This document shows, in pieces, positions 1-13,689 of a stretch of DNA of 64,000 bases. Each line of letters starts with the position of its first letter. The first letter of the stretch is position 1. The translations under genes were made by a program, and so were the position numbers. Source of the DNA: Malacoraja senta (Eukaryota); NCBI GenBank assembly GCA_038087875.1, contig CM075989.1, positions 7,814,001-7,878,000 of the forward strand, written 5' to 3'. The notes beneath the pieces were generated by a model. The model saw nothing but the letters and a program-made list of their open reading frames with translations. It made no database searches and was not told the DNA's origin.

Positions 1-409
1 AACGTTTCCTATCTGTGTACCTGGCCAAGTGTCATTTAAATGTTGTTGTAGTACCTGCCTGAATGACTTCTTACAGCTCCTTCCATATACCCATCACCCT
101 CTGTGAAAAGGTTGCCCCTTGGGTACCTTGTCCCACTCACCTTCAACTTATGCCCTCTGTTTCTTGATTCCTCACCTCTGGGAAAATGTCTCTGTGCATT
201 CACCCACCCTATCTATTCCCTTCATGATTTTATACACTTCTCAGCATCCTGCACTCCAAGGAATAAAGTTCTAACCTGCTCAGCCTTTCCCTATGGTTCA
301 GGCCCTCATGTCCTGGTAACTTGCTCATAAATGTTCCCTGCACACTTTTCAGACAATTATATATTCTTTCTGCTTCTAGTTCATCACAACCCTATGTTAT
401 TTTTAAAAG

Positions 410-1500
410 ATACAAAACACTGGAGTAACTCAATGAGTCAGGTAGCCTGTGTGAAGGGAATGGATATGTGACGTTTCAGGTAGGGACCATTCTTCAGACT
501 GATTGTAGCCAGGGTAAGGGATTTAGGTGCAAGGTGGTATGGGGAAGGGGAAGGCAGGATAGAGGAAGAAATGGGTGCACATCCAGGTTGGGCACAGGGA
601 AAGGATGGGGGGAGGGAGACAGAGAGTTTTGCAATGGGGGGGTATTAGTTTTTTGTCTAAAATGTAGCTTTCAATTGTCATACCATTGGGTTGTAAGCTA
701 TCCAAGCGGAATATGAGGTGCTGTACCTCCAGTTTGTGTGTGGCCTCACTCTTGCAATGGAGGAGGCCCAAGAGGCTTTGTTCCTGAACAGCGGCTTTGT
801 TCCTGAGCCGCTGTCGGAAAAAAGCCCAAAAAATTGCCAAGGACAAAATGCACCCCCTCCACATACACCTGGATCTCCTGCCATCAGGCAAGAGATATCG
901 CAGCATCAAAGCCCGGACTACAAGACTGCTAAACAGCTTCCTGCCATATGCTGTGAGGCTGCTAAACAGCCACTCTGTACTCACAGTCACCTGATTCTGC
1001 GGCTTGGCACGGACACTATAATAACTGGCACTGGCCACTTCAACAACTGGCACTGGCCACTCAAATCAGCCACCCCGGACATGTCTATGATTGGTCTTAC
1101 TGTATTTTAACGTTGTTTGTATATATTTTAACTTATACTGTTCCATCAGGGACTGGATTGTTTTAGTGTTGTTATTATTATTATTATGTGTGAAATGTTT
1201 TAAACGTCATGTGCGATGCTCCGGTATTCCCTGGGAAACGTCTTTTCGTTTTGCACTGCACAACTGTTGCTTGCAAGATGACAATAAAGGAATTGAATTG
1301 AATTGAAGACAAAAAGGTTGGTATGGGAATGAGAAGTGGAGATTAAATGATTAGCACCCAGAAGATCCAGCAGACCAGTGGACCAAGAGCAAATGTTCAG
1401 AGAAATGGTCGCCTAATCTACACTTGGTCTCGCCAATGTAAAACAGGCCACATTGGGAGCACCAAATGCAATGGATATGGTTAGAGGAGGTGTATGTGAT
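410..1500 (-). mobile_element. Decayed Penelope-like fragment interrupted by a Rex1/Babar 3' fragment (+, ~775-1306)
   Basis: Minus strand HKLEVQHLIFRLDSLQPNGM (PLE C-terminus). Plus strand LLPSGKRYRSIKARTTRLLNSFLPYAVRLLN followed by an AATAAA-(GAATT)n tail. Confidence 0.7.
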
Positions 1501-3559
1501 TGTTCTTCAATCCCCTTGATATTCAATCTCTCTGCAATTTTCCAGATCTGGAAAAAGCTACAAGAGATGTGAATCTCTGCACCAAACCCATTGTAATCAC
1601 ATCTCTCCTACATTGTGACCGCATCTGAACAAAGAACGAACCTGTGGTCTTACTAATGTTGTATACAGTTCCAGCATAACTTCCCTGATCTTCTGTACAT
1701 CAGCTGGTTATGGCAGACATTCTGTATGCATTTCCAACTCCTTTACTGACCTACTGTCCTTAAGGAACTGTGCACGTACATTTTTGCTCTTTTCATATCA
1801 CTTTCAAGTTTACCCAAAGGCAAATTTATCGATTAACTGATTCATTGAAGTGTAATCATTATTAAAAATCTGAAGAAGGGTCGTGACTCGAAATGTTGGC
1901 TGTCCATCCCCCTCACAGATGCTGAGTTACGCCAGCAGTTTGTTTTTTGCTGATATTGCAAATCAGGAATTAATCAGTCCAAAGAAGGGTCCTAATACAA
2001 AACATCACCTGTCCATGTTCTCCAGTGATGCTGGCTGACCCACTGAGTTACTCCAGCACTCTGTGTAATTTTCTCACATTAAGGTCCCACAATAGAAAAG
2101 AATAATCAACACAATAATTTTTTTGTGAAGTTAGCTGAGCAATTCATTTCCCCAGGACATTGGAAGTACCCCCTCGTTGTTTTTTCAGTGGCCTAGCTAA
2201 TTTTGCATCCACCTGAGTAAAATGAGGAGACCCTAGTTCAAAACACATCTAGAAGGTAGCACCATCACCAATGCAGCACACCCTCGATTCTGCAATGGGG
2301 AATCCGACAGTTTTTGTGCTAAAAGCTTTGGTCTGGAACATGAACCGTCTGGTAGAGTAGTGAGAGTGTGATAAACTCAGCTACAGCCAACACTGAATCA
2401 ACGCATGACATCTGCAAAGCAGATGAAGACTCTGTGAGGCTTTGTTTGTTGCAAATAATATAGTTATGCCAACTGCCATTATTATATATAATGTACATAA
2501 ACTCCAGAAACATATATCCTCCTGCGGAGATAACAGTGCAATCAATGTTTAACCTTTCAGATCAATACCAAGTAGTACACAACACTAATGCTATAGTTTC
2601 CGAATAAACCTCCTGTAATGAATCCAAACCAACGTTGATATATAACTAATATATGACTTTTATTCTCTTCATGAATTTACTTACCAGCGTCAGTCTGATT
2701 TCTCAGATATTCCCTGAGAACGTATCTATAGTTGACGTTATTGAGATTAATAGGTTGAAAGCTGCCTTTCAAGTGCGAGCAGTTGAGAATGTGTCTTCAG
2801 TTGTTTTGCGTTTAGTGTCGATGCATCGCGTGATCTACACATTGGACTTGTCCAGGGACAAGGCTGTGGTCTCTGGAGATCCCACTCCCAGATGCACGTT
2901 GCAGTTTTCAGTGTTCTCACTTTCACAGGGAGCCAGAGGCTGCAGGTTTTGCAACCTCATTAACGTTGACATGAAATGCGTCCAGGGACCTCCCAAGCAG
3001 TCAACAATGCACAAGCAACAACAGATTGCATTTACTTATCACCTTGAACATTGCAAACATTTCCATAGTGAGAGCACAATCAAACTATGGCACCGAGCCA
3101 TATAAGGAGATAGACCAATAGATAATCAAAAAACATGAGCAAAGATATGTGTGTTAAGGTTAAAGTCATAGTCATGCAGCACTGAAACAGGCCCTTCAGC
3201 CCTTTGAGTCTGTGCTAACCATCAACCACAATTCACATTAATCCTACACTAACACTTTTTACCCCTCATTTCCATCAACTCCCCCTGGATTCTATCCCTC
3301 ACTTACACGCTGAGGGTCTTTTACAGAGGCAAATTAACCTGCTAACTCACACATCTTTGGCATGTGGGAGGAAACCAGAACAGTGGGCACAAATGCACTG
3401 AGTCAGAGGGAGAACATGACACCATCAGAGATTGGGTTTGCTGGAGTTGCTGAGTACCAGCTCTATTAACTGCAGCCCTGGGTCGTTCAGTGGGAGGGAG
3501 AAGTGTTGGGAGGGGAAACCAGCATTTAGCCCCAAGATCACTAAAGCCACGCCTGAAAA

Positions 3560-4012
3560 TGTAAGGAACTGCAGATGCTGGAATGAAGAGCAAGACACAA
3601 AGTGCTGGGGGATCTCAGCGGGTCAGACAGCATCTTTGGAGGGAATGGACAGGTGGCGTTTCAGGTCGGGACCCTTCTTTGAAGTGAGGGCAGAAAGCTG
3701 AATAAGATGTGGGGACAAAGCCTGGCAAGTGATAGGTGGATATAGGTGAGGAGTGGTTTGATTTACAGATGGGTAGTGACCAAGGCTAGATATGAAAAAG
3801 AGACAAAAATGAGGGACGAGGAGTGAATTGTAAAGCCAGAGGGAGGGATATAGGTGGAAGGGGATGAGGGGTTGGGAAGAAGAGGACTAGGAGGGCACAG
3901 GAAAGGGGGATATTACTTGAAGTTGGAGAATTCAATGTTCATACCGTTGAATTGTAAGCCACCCAATATGAGGAATATGAGGTGCTGTTCCTCCAGTTGT
4001 GTGTGGCCTCAT
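3560..4012 (-). mobile_element. Decayed Penelope-like 3' fragment
   Basis: Same 3' repeat and ggagaattcaatgttcata / aatatgaggtgctgttcctcc sequence as the other PLE copies. Confidence 0.65.
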
Positions 4013-4947
4013 GTCTACATGTGATGGTGGTCATGGGATTAGATTTGTAGATGTGCAAGAGGCCAGGCAAGAAGTGTCAAGATCTTCTGAGAGTGCTGGT
4101 CAGGAGGAGGTGGTGTGGTAGAATATGAGTAGAAGATTACAAATATCAGCAGTGCTGTGCGTGAGTCAAGCAGGTCAGACAGCACAGATGCATGGAACCG
4201 TGCCAGTCAGTGTATCGGCAGAAGTATTCTAGATGAGTCCAAGTTTACATAGGATGCAATCAGGAAAGCTGACTAATTGAGAGGTAACAAAGACATGGAC
4301 AAGGATTTTAGAAATGATAAGTAACTTCTTGATCTTATGTTTTCCTTTAGAATTTCAAGTATTGTACCTTCCTGAATAAAGGTGGAGCTGAAATGGTGTT
4401 GAAATCTTTTGGGAGAATGGAAATCTTAAGCGTTCTTACTGATGACAGTTTCATATCTGAAATTTAGTTCAGCAATTACAATCTCGGCCGTAAAATAAGT
4501 CACTGGAATTCATATAGACTCTTGTATCTTTACATCATTCTCCAAACCTACCTTGATAACCAAGCATTCAAAACCAATTCACATGTATCCCCTTAATTGA
4601 CACACCATCCCACAATCTTCACACACAACACAAACAAAATAGATAAAAGGACACAGATTTAAGGAGCTTGGATTTAAAGATCTCAAGGAGTTGTGAGGGT
4701 CCAGACCCACATTTCATAGCATCACCAGGTCAAAGTATCACAAGACATGAACACAGACCCTTCGGTCCATCATGTCCATGCTGACCATCAAATGCCACCC
4801 ATACCAATACTATTTGCCAGCACTTGGACCGTACCCTTCCACAGGTTGACAATTCAATTGCTCATCTAAATGTTGTGAGAATCTCTGCCTCTGCCACGTC
4901 CTCAGGCAGTGCGTTGTAGATTCTGAACACGTTTAAGAATAGCACAG

Positions 4948-5266
4948 ATGTGCAGCTGGTAGAGCTGTGGCCTCACAGCGCCAGAGACCCGGGTTGGATT
5001 CTGACCTCGGGCGCTATCTGTGCAGAGTTTGCCTGTTCTCCTTGTGACAGCGCGGGTTTCATCCGGGTGCTCCTGTTTCCTCCAACATCCCAAAGACGTG
5101 TGGGTTGTAGGTTAATTGGCCTCCGTAAAATTGACCCTGATGTGTAGAGAGTGTATAAGAAAGTGGACTAACATAGAACTAGTGTGAATAGGTGTTTGAT
5201 GGTCAGTATGGACTCGGTGGGCCGAAGGGCCTCTTACCATGAAAAAATTAAACTAAAACTAAAACT
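4948..5266 (+). mobile_element. HE1-type V-SINE
   Basis: tRNA-like head, V-core (gtttgc..gttctcc..gggtgctcc.gtttcctcc), LINE-derived tail and (AAACT)n end. Confidence 0.85.
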
Positions 5267-6589
5267 TATCGATGAAAGAAATTCTCCCCAAATCGAAACC
5301 TCTTACTCCTTATTACAAACTTTAGACCTTCCAAATTTTAGACATGTGCTTTGCTGTGGAGAAAAGGTTCCTCCTATCCACCCTGTCTCTGGCCCTGCAG
5401 GAGTACTGTATTATCAGAGGGTACAGTAACCTGAGGGTCTGTCTGCTCTCTGATTCAATCACATGATTGTAGCGAAGATCAGGAGAGTACTCCCTGGTGT
5501 TCAGAGACAATGTTTATCCCTCAAATGCTGTCACTGCAACAGACTATCTGCTCCCCATTACACTGTGGCTTATGGAAACTTACCATGTGAAAATCAGCTT
5601 CCATTGATCTCAACATTACCGTGATGGCTACAATTCAAGAGTCAAGTTGTTGGCAGTAAAATGCCTTGGGATGTCCAGAAAGGACTGTGAGTGGTGCTGT
5701 AGAAATGCCAACCTATCTACTTTGAAAAGTTCCAAAATGCTGGAGTAACTCAGCGGGCCAGCCAGCATCCCTGGAGAACATGGATGGGTGACATTTTGGG
5801 TTGGGACCAGTCTGAAGAAGGGTCACAAACTGAACTGTCACCTATCCATGATCACTAGGGATGCTGCCTGACGTGTGTGTATGAAGGAACTGCAGATGCT
5901 GGTTTAAATCAAAGATAGACACAAAATGCTGGAGTAACTCAGCGGGACAGGCTGCATCTCTGGAGAGAAGGAATGGGTGATGTTCTGAGTCAATACTCTA
6001 CTTCTGACTGAAGTCTGAGTCTGAAGAAGGGTCTCGACCCATTCCTTCTCACCAGAGATGCTGCCTGTCCCGTTGAGTTACACCAACATTTTGTGTTTTT
6101 CTATTGGTAAACTAGCATCTGCCAACCTATCCTTTGTTCAACCCAGGTATGTTCTTGGCATGTAAAGGCTGGAAATGCGGACAGCAAACAATCTCCCATT
6201 CAACCTGCTCCCAATGGGCAGCTGTGTCAAGACCTCCATGGATGGCCTGTTCAGCAGATAGTCAATGCCACAGTGAACAGACTCCATCACTTGAGACAGA
6301 GCCCATCTGAGAGGAAAGACCAGAGAGATTATCCACACCCGTCAGGTTCCTTTGATGTGCAGCAGGAACTGAGCTGGGATACTGACAATCCACAGTTCCA
6401 GTTAATAATTTATCTTGCAGTTTCTGCAATATTTATGGTGAACTTTGGCAAGCAATCTACAACCCTTTTGAAATATATTCCCCTAATTAACACAGCAGTA
6501 CAGAATGCGCTTTCCTCTTCAGGCTCATCAGATAGACGGTGCCTGTTGTCAGTATCTCCACGGTCCTGGGGGTTGGAATCAGACCCTGA

Positions 6590-8150
6590 GCAGGTCCACA
6601 GCAGACGTCATCTCGCTGTCCCTACACTGGAATACAAGGATACCTTTGTCAGACTCTTATTTATTGACTACATCTCTGCCTTCATCATCATTAATTTGGT
6701 TGGTTCCAATCCCAACCAAATTAATCTCCAAACCCCTGGATCTAGGAATCAGCACCCTCCTCTGCAATTGAATCCTTGGCCTTCTGACCCACAATAATCG
6801 CCCATAAAGGGTGCTGACAAAGTTACAGATTATCCGCGCCAGGTCCTCCTTTGTTCTCTTCCCTCTGCAGCGGCATCCTCACTTCCACATGTCTGTCCTT
6901 GTCTTTTGGTCGGCGCCCTCATCGACCGCTACACCGACCTCTCCACTGTCACTGCCGGGTCCTCTCCAGACGCCTCTGTGGCGCCGACCCCGGCCCCAGT
7001 CGCGGGCTCTGCCGACCCAGGCTCTGTCGGCCGTGGGCTCCGTTGACTCACGGCACACGGGCTCTGCCGACTATGCCGGTTGCGACTTCCAACCAGCGGG
7101 CCTCCGGCCTTGGCTACTCTGTGGCCCGCCAGCGGGCGTGACTAAACCGAGTACAGGAAGGAGATAGCTGACTAACATGATGCCAAGACAACAACCTCTC
7201 CCTCAATATCAGCAAAATGATGGAGCTGGTCATCGACTTTAGGAAATGGGGTGGAATACACACCACAGTTTACATCAATGGTACCAAAGTGGAGATGGTT
7301 GAAAGCTTCAAATTCCTACGTGTAAATATTGCAAACAGTTTGTCCTGGTTCAACCATGCTGATGCTGAGGCCAAGAAAACAGACCAATACCTCTACTTTA
7401 TCAGAAAGATATTCAACATGTCTCCAATGACCCTTGCCAACTTCTACAGATGCACTGTGGAAAGCATCCTATCCAGATGCATCACAGCTTGGTGTGACAA
7501 CTGCTCTGCTCAAGACGGAAAGAAATTGCAGAGAGTTGTGAATACAACTCCATCCAAACACACAAACCAGCCTCCACCCAATTCAAACCACACTTCATGC
7601 TGCCTCGAGAAAGCTGCCAACACAATCAAACACCACTCACACCCTGGTCATTCCTTTTCCTCCCCTCTCCCATCGGGCAGAAAATACAAAAGATTGAAAG
7701 ATAAATAAGAGTCTGACAAAGGTATCGTTACCCAGTGTAGGGCCAGCGAGATGACGTCTGCTGTGGACCTGCTCAGGGTCTGATTCCAACCCCCAGGACT
7801 GTGGGGATACTGACAACAGGCACCGTCTATCTTCTATCAGTAATCTTCTTTTCCGCAGTTATCAGAATCTTGATAGGACTTCTCATAAACTAAGAATGTA
7901 TTCTCAATTTCCAATTTACCTCACTGCAGCCCGTGCAGTTTCTTTTATCTGCACTCTCTCTGGAACTGGAACACTATATACTGCCCTCTGTTTATTTTCT
8001 CTGTTTGCACTACCTGATGTACTCATGTATGGTGTGATTTACATGGATCGCCATACGCAAGAAGAGGATTTACTTGGATAGCACGCTAAACAACATTTTT
8101 CGTTATATCAAAGACAATGAGACAATATATCATGAGACAATAATAAACCA
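6590..8150 (+). mobile_element. Decayed Rex1/Babar-type LINE RT fragment with internal insertions
   Basis: RSTADVIS, VRLLFIDYISAF, ELVIDFRK, VESFKFL, FYRCTVESILSRCITAW, PLPSGRKYKRL; ends in an AATAAA tail. Confidence 0.8.
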
Positions 8151-11100
8151 ATACACATACCAATTCATGACCTCAAATGTTTCTTCATTACATTCAGCGC
8201 ACAGTAAAAGCAGAGCAAGTGAAGGGAGATGTAACAACACTGAGCGGCTTTAGCAAGATGAGAATAATGGTGCTGAAGTTCATCCCTCTACATTTGAAGT
8301 TGCAATGTTCTGAAAGCATGGGCTGTAAATATTAGTACTTGATTCTGTAATGGCTGAAAGGTGACGGCAGTAAAGTTAGCCAACATTAGAGTTCGATTAA
8401 AGCAGGAGTTTTTAAGTAGTCTCATACAATTGTAAGGCATCTAAATAATTGAATTGGCTATCAAAAGACCATTTGGAAAAGTTTAAATGCTTGAAGTAGG
8501 CAATGAATTATTCAGCCGATGTTTGCTTTAACATTCAAAATCAATAGTATGAAAGATGGTGAAGAGGAAAGGAGTTTATAAGATGACTCTCTCAGCTTTT
8601 GGATATTGTTTATCGAATGTTCACAAAGTCAGAATTCCATACCTAACTCCTAATTCCTTGTTGAGAAATGTGGCCAAAAAATAACGTTGGGAATACACAT
8701 AGTTATCCAGCAGGGATATGATGGACTGAATGGCCTTCTTCTGCAGCTTAAACTTTCATTAATCTACAATAACATGCCTTGAACAGCACTTAGTCTGGGT
8801 GAATAATTTATAACTAAAAAAGTTTGGCCTTCCGTTAACCTGGTTTTTAATGGTTTTCATCCAGGCATATTGAAGGAGTCATGTAGGAGCATTTTACAGG
8901 TTAACTTCTGGGTTACATTGAGGCATAAGCATCAAAACTATTACAGTTAATGGGATTCAAAAATAAGGGAGATCTATTTCATAAAAAGTCTGTATGGATG
9001 ATGAATTCACCTTAAATAAATGGTGTAAAATAAATTTTACAATGTTGGTTTGATGACCAAAGAGTTTCCAGATGGTGCCATTTAAACAGGAGCAAAGAAG
9101 TAAATATTTTGTTTAATGAACAAGAATTCAATAATCCAAAACGTTTCCTAGCTATTTACATCTGTCACTATTTACTTCACTAAAGCCAGTGGTGTTGGAC
9201 AAGTGTAGCACAAATCTCCCCCAGGATTTGGCCTGCAGGAAATCTTGCAGAAGGCCTTTGAAACCCTAATTCCTGTGAAAATTGGTGATCACTTCCCTCT
9301 GGTTTTCCTTCTAAAATTTGAGGCCTGTAGTCAGAATACACCTTTGTGAAAATTCACCTTGCAAATGTTGTTACAGATTTTACTAACTACACTCTTGTTG
9401 AGTGGATGGGAAGCTCATAAATTACAGCAAATTAAAGATGACATTGTATTTTGAATGTGTAGGAAGGAACTGCAGATGCTGGTTTAAACGGAAGATAGAA
9501 ACAAAATGCTGGAAGACTCAGCGGGATAGGTAGCATCTCTAAAGAGAAGGAATGGGTGACGTTTTTGGTCAAGACCCTTCTTTATTATGAATCATCTGTC
9601 ACTACAATAAGTAACTGAAATTTGCTACCTATATGGTTCTCCCATTTTTGTTTCACCATGGTCCAACTGGGTGAAATATTAACTTCTTTAGTTATCTATT
9701 GTCAGCATCACCTTGTCTTGTGCCAATAATGCACAGGTCACTGCAAGTTGGGACTCCATCTGTTTTCGTGAATAACGTGGCAAGGCATAATATTCTCCTG
9801 TAAACACAAGGAACTGCAGATGCTTGTTTACAAAAAAACCCACAAAGTGCTGGAGTAATTCAGCGATTCAGGCAGCATTTCTGGAGAACAGGGATAGATG
9901 ATGTTTTGGGATGGGAGCCTTTTTCAGTTTGAAGTCTGAAGAAGGGTCCTGGCCCAAAATGTTACCTACCCATGTTCTCCATGAAGCTCTCCTGCTGCAG
10001 ATCCAGGCACTTACACACCACCCTTCTATCTGTCTGACAGGGATTGGTACATTGGTCCTTACATTTGCTCTGACTTTGGCTGAGATTGCCAAGACATTTC
10101 ACCTTCAAGCCTAATATCCAGTAAGTTTGAAGAAGGGTCCCGACCCGAAATGTCGTCTGTCCATTCCCTCCGCTGTCCCACCGGCAGTTTGTGTTTTGCT
10201 CAAGATTCCAGCTTCCCTCGTGTTCCCATGGGATCTTTTGCATTCACGGGGAGAATGGCAGGATTTTGGGTTAACAACCCACGGAAGTAAGAAGCACTGT
10301 TCGAGTGTGCAGAAAAGAAAACATTTTGTTCCTCCGTCACCGTGAAAAAATGCATCATTCTTCTGATCCCTAATTAAAAACATTCTGTTCTGCGACATGA
10401 TTCATTGGAAAATCTATTTGTAAAAGTGTACGCAGAAGCTTAATATAACATAATATTGGTTTCGAGGGTTATTGATTGAGCTGCAATAAATATGATAATT
10501 CGTTACAACAAGGCATTGGAAAAACATTCAGCTGAATCTGGTGGCACGAGGCGAAGTGTTTTTTTGCACTAATCCCCTCTATTGTTTTGCTTGCAGTGTT
10601 GTGGAGAGTGGAATTTACCAGGAGACAGAATCACTTGGACTCTTGTAAAACATCATGGTTGGACAGGCTCCACTGAGACCACATGGGCACTAAGGCAGAA
10701 GATTCCCTCCTGCTTTACGGTAAACAAGGTAGGAAAAACTCTCACGTGCTCAAGTTCAAGGCAAAACACTGAGGAGCGATGTCAAAATACAGCAAGGTGT
10801 TATTTGGAAACGACTCAACAATCCAGGCAGGGGTAGATACATGAAGACGTAAGAAATGGAGAAGGCACTCCCTTGTTGAATGTGATACCACTCTGAGGAG
10901 TAAAGATTTTCTGGATAAAAAATAAACTGCTGGAGGTTTTTACTGCATCCCCTGTCTTTCCATCCTTCCCCCACCATAGTTGTCGTACTAGTTTTACTGT
11001 CATGCTTTGGGGTCCCACTGTCTGTAGTAACTCATTATCACCTATCCCGCAGCCAACAATGGATCATTGTGGGCTCCACATTTCCTTGATTATCTTTGCT

Positions 11101-13015
11101 TTCTGCATATCTTCCATTCATTTGTCCTAAGTACCATTCCCCTTTCCCTTGACTCTCAGTCCGAAGAACAGTCTTGACCCGCAATGTCACCTATTCCTTT
11201 TCTCCAGAGATGCTGCCTGACCCACTGAGTTACTCCAGCTTTCTGTGTCTGTCTGCTGGAGGAACTCGACTGGTTGAGTTGCACCGTGGAGGCAAAGAGA
11301 CGTGCGATGTTTTGCGTCCGAGACTCTGTATCAGGACCAAGAGCGTGAAGGGAAGATAACCATTGTGTGGAAGTGAGAGGGAGGAGGGGGACAGAGGCTG
11401 ACAGGCGGAACCAGATTTGGGGGAGGGGGTGTGGAATGATGGGCAGATACAGCCATGGGGAAGGGTAAAGATAGAGGCTGGTAGATGAAAGGTGGAATTC
11501 GATATGGGAGCGATGATGGGCAGATGGAACCAGGTGGGGGAGAGTAATGTTTCAGTAGGGAAATGGGCTATGCGGGGGGCTGGGTGGGTTGAGATGGGTA
11601 GAGATTGATAAGGAACAAGGACTGTAGGGAGAAGGAATGGAATGTGGAGGGTGGGGAGGGTGCGGGTTACCTAAACTTCAAAAATTCAACGTTCATATCA
11701 TTGTCCACTCCCCATTCCACATACTTTTATGGCCATTGAATTCAGTGTTGCTGACATTTCATTGTTCATCTGTTGGTAGTTTTGATGTTGCTTGGTCTTT
11801 TCCTGGTGCCCCAGCCCACTCATATCCTTGGTGGCCTGCAGTGAAATCTGATCTGTTTCATCCAGCACATCTGGTGACCTGCCGGGCAAATTTCCATAGA
11901 GATTAAATGGACAAGGATGTCACAAGGGATTGGAGGTCAGTGTTCATCGGCCTGTCATTGGAATGTTTGGACCAATCACATAGAAAACCTTCTGAATTTG
12001 TTCAAAGTGGTGACCAAAGGAAACTTCCAGATTGTTTAACAATGTTATCAACTCATCCCTCCATACGAAAACAGGCGGCTGCAAGTTTGTATATTGCAAA
12101 AAAATCAACCAAAACCTGCAGGAAAGTAACTGACTCAAAGAGTTTAGTTTAGTTTAGTTTAGAGATACAGCATGGAAACAAGCTCTTCGGTCCACCAATG
12201 CCATGCTGACTAATAATCACCAGTACACTAGTTCTATCCTACACACTAGGGACAATTTACAGACGTAAATTAACCAACAAACCTGTAAGTCTTTCGGTTT
12301 TTCAGTCTTTCAGTCTGAAGAAGGGTTTCGGCCTGAAACGTTGCCTATTTCCTTCGCTCCATAGATGCTGCTGCACCCGCTGAGTTTCTCCAGCATTTTT
12401 GTGTACCTTTGGAATAGACATGTTCACAGGGAGAACGTACAAACCCCTTAGAGACATCACCCGTAGTCAGGATTGAAACCGAGTCTCTGGGACTGTTGGG
12501 CAGCAACTCTATCTCTGCACTACTGTGCCATCCTAATACAGTTCGGAAACAGCCCCTTTGGCCCAACCTGTCCATGCCGATCAATCCGCCTTCCTGATCC
12601 ATTTGCCTACGTATCCCTCTATACCTTAAAACCTTTTATCCCGCTAAACTCTTGAGAATCTTTTCTGTACCCTCTCTCAATTAATTCCATCCTTTCTATA
12701 GTGACCAGAACTGCACACAAGATTCCAGATACCATCTCACCTTTATAATTACCCTAGTTTATATTCAGTAATTGTGTTTGGTACTTCCAGCTGGAGGAAG
12801 CTAAAAACCGATAGAGGTAATTTTCTAAGGTAGACAAAAATGCTGGAGAAACTCCGGGGTGAGGCAGCATCTATGGAGCGAAGGAATAGGTGACGTTTCT
12901 GGTCGGGACCCTTCTTCAGACTCTTAAGGTTGACAAAAATGCTGGAGAAACTCAGCGGGTGAGGCAGCATCTATGGAGCGAAATAATAGGTGACGCTCAC
13001 CCTTTTCATCAGCCT

Positions 13016-13303
13016 TTAGACTTTAGAGATACAGTGTGGAAACAGTCCGAATCAGTGCCGACCAGCCATCACCCTGTACACAAGCACCATCTTACATACT
13101 AGGGGAAATTTACAATTTACTGAAGCCAATTAACCTATAAACCTGTATGTCAGTGGAGTGTGGGAGGAAACTGGAGCACCCGGAGAAAGCCTTTGTGGTC
13201 ACAGGGAGAATGTGCAAACTCTGTACAGACAGCACCTGTAGTCAGGATCGAAGCCGGGTCTCTGGCTCTGTAAGACAGCAACTCTACCGCTGCGCCACCG
13301 TGC
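13016..13303 (-). mobile_element. HE1-type V-SINE
   Basis: Reverse complement of the same consensus. Confidence 0.85.
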
Positions 13304-13689
13304 CACTTTTTCAATGCAGCGTTGGACCCGTCCTGGATGGAAAGATGCAAGTGCGTAGATTGTTATAAATGCTCAAATTAGGAGCAGGGATGTGAGTTGT
13401 GAATCTCAGAGACCTGGGGGTGAATTTACGCAGCTCTGGTGTGAAAATGCCAACTCATTCTTAGGCATGTGTGGTTTTGTGAAGCTGTAGGTTTGTATAT
13501 CCGTGAGCCATTAAGCCTACTGCAGAAACTTGAATGGTATGTAAGGGCAGGAGCACCCTGAAATCACGTGCTGCTTGTTCCTGGAATGGTAATCTGATCT
13601 CTCAGCCCAAAGAGGAGAGAAGTTAAATTATTGATTATTTTTGCTGCCTGTTGTCAATTATCGTCAGAGACAGTTGCCATCAAAGGCAA

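Noticed and set aside
2653..3105. 150-aa ORF, a minus-strand donor-like GGTAAGT near 2680, and a CArG match at 3098-3107
   Set aside because: No recognisable protein and the minus-strand ATG frames close quickly. The CArG lies in what looks like an old LINE-tail remnant. It could be a non-coding exon, but nothing here supports that.
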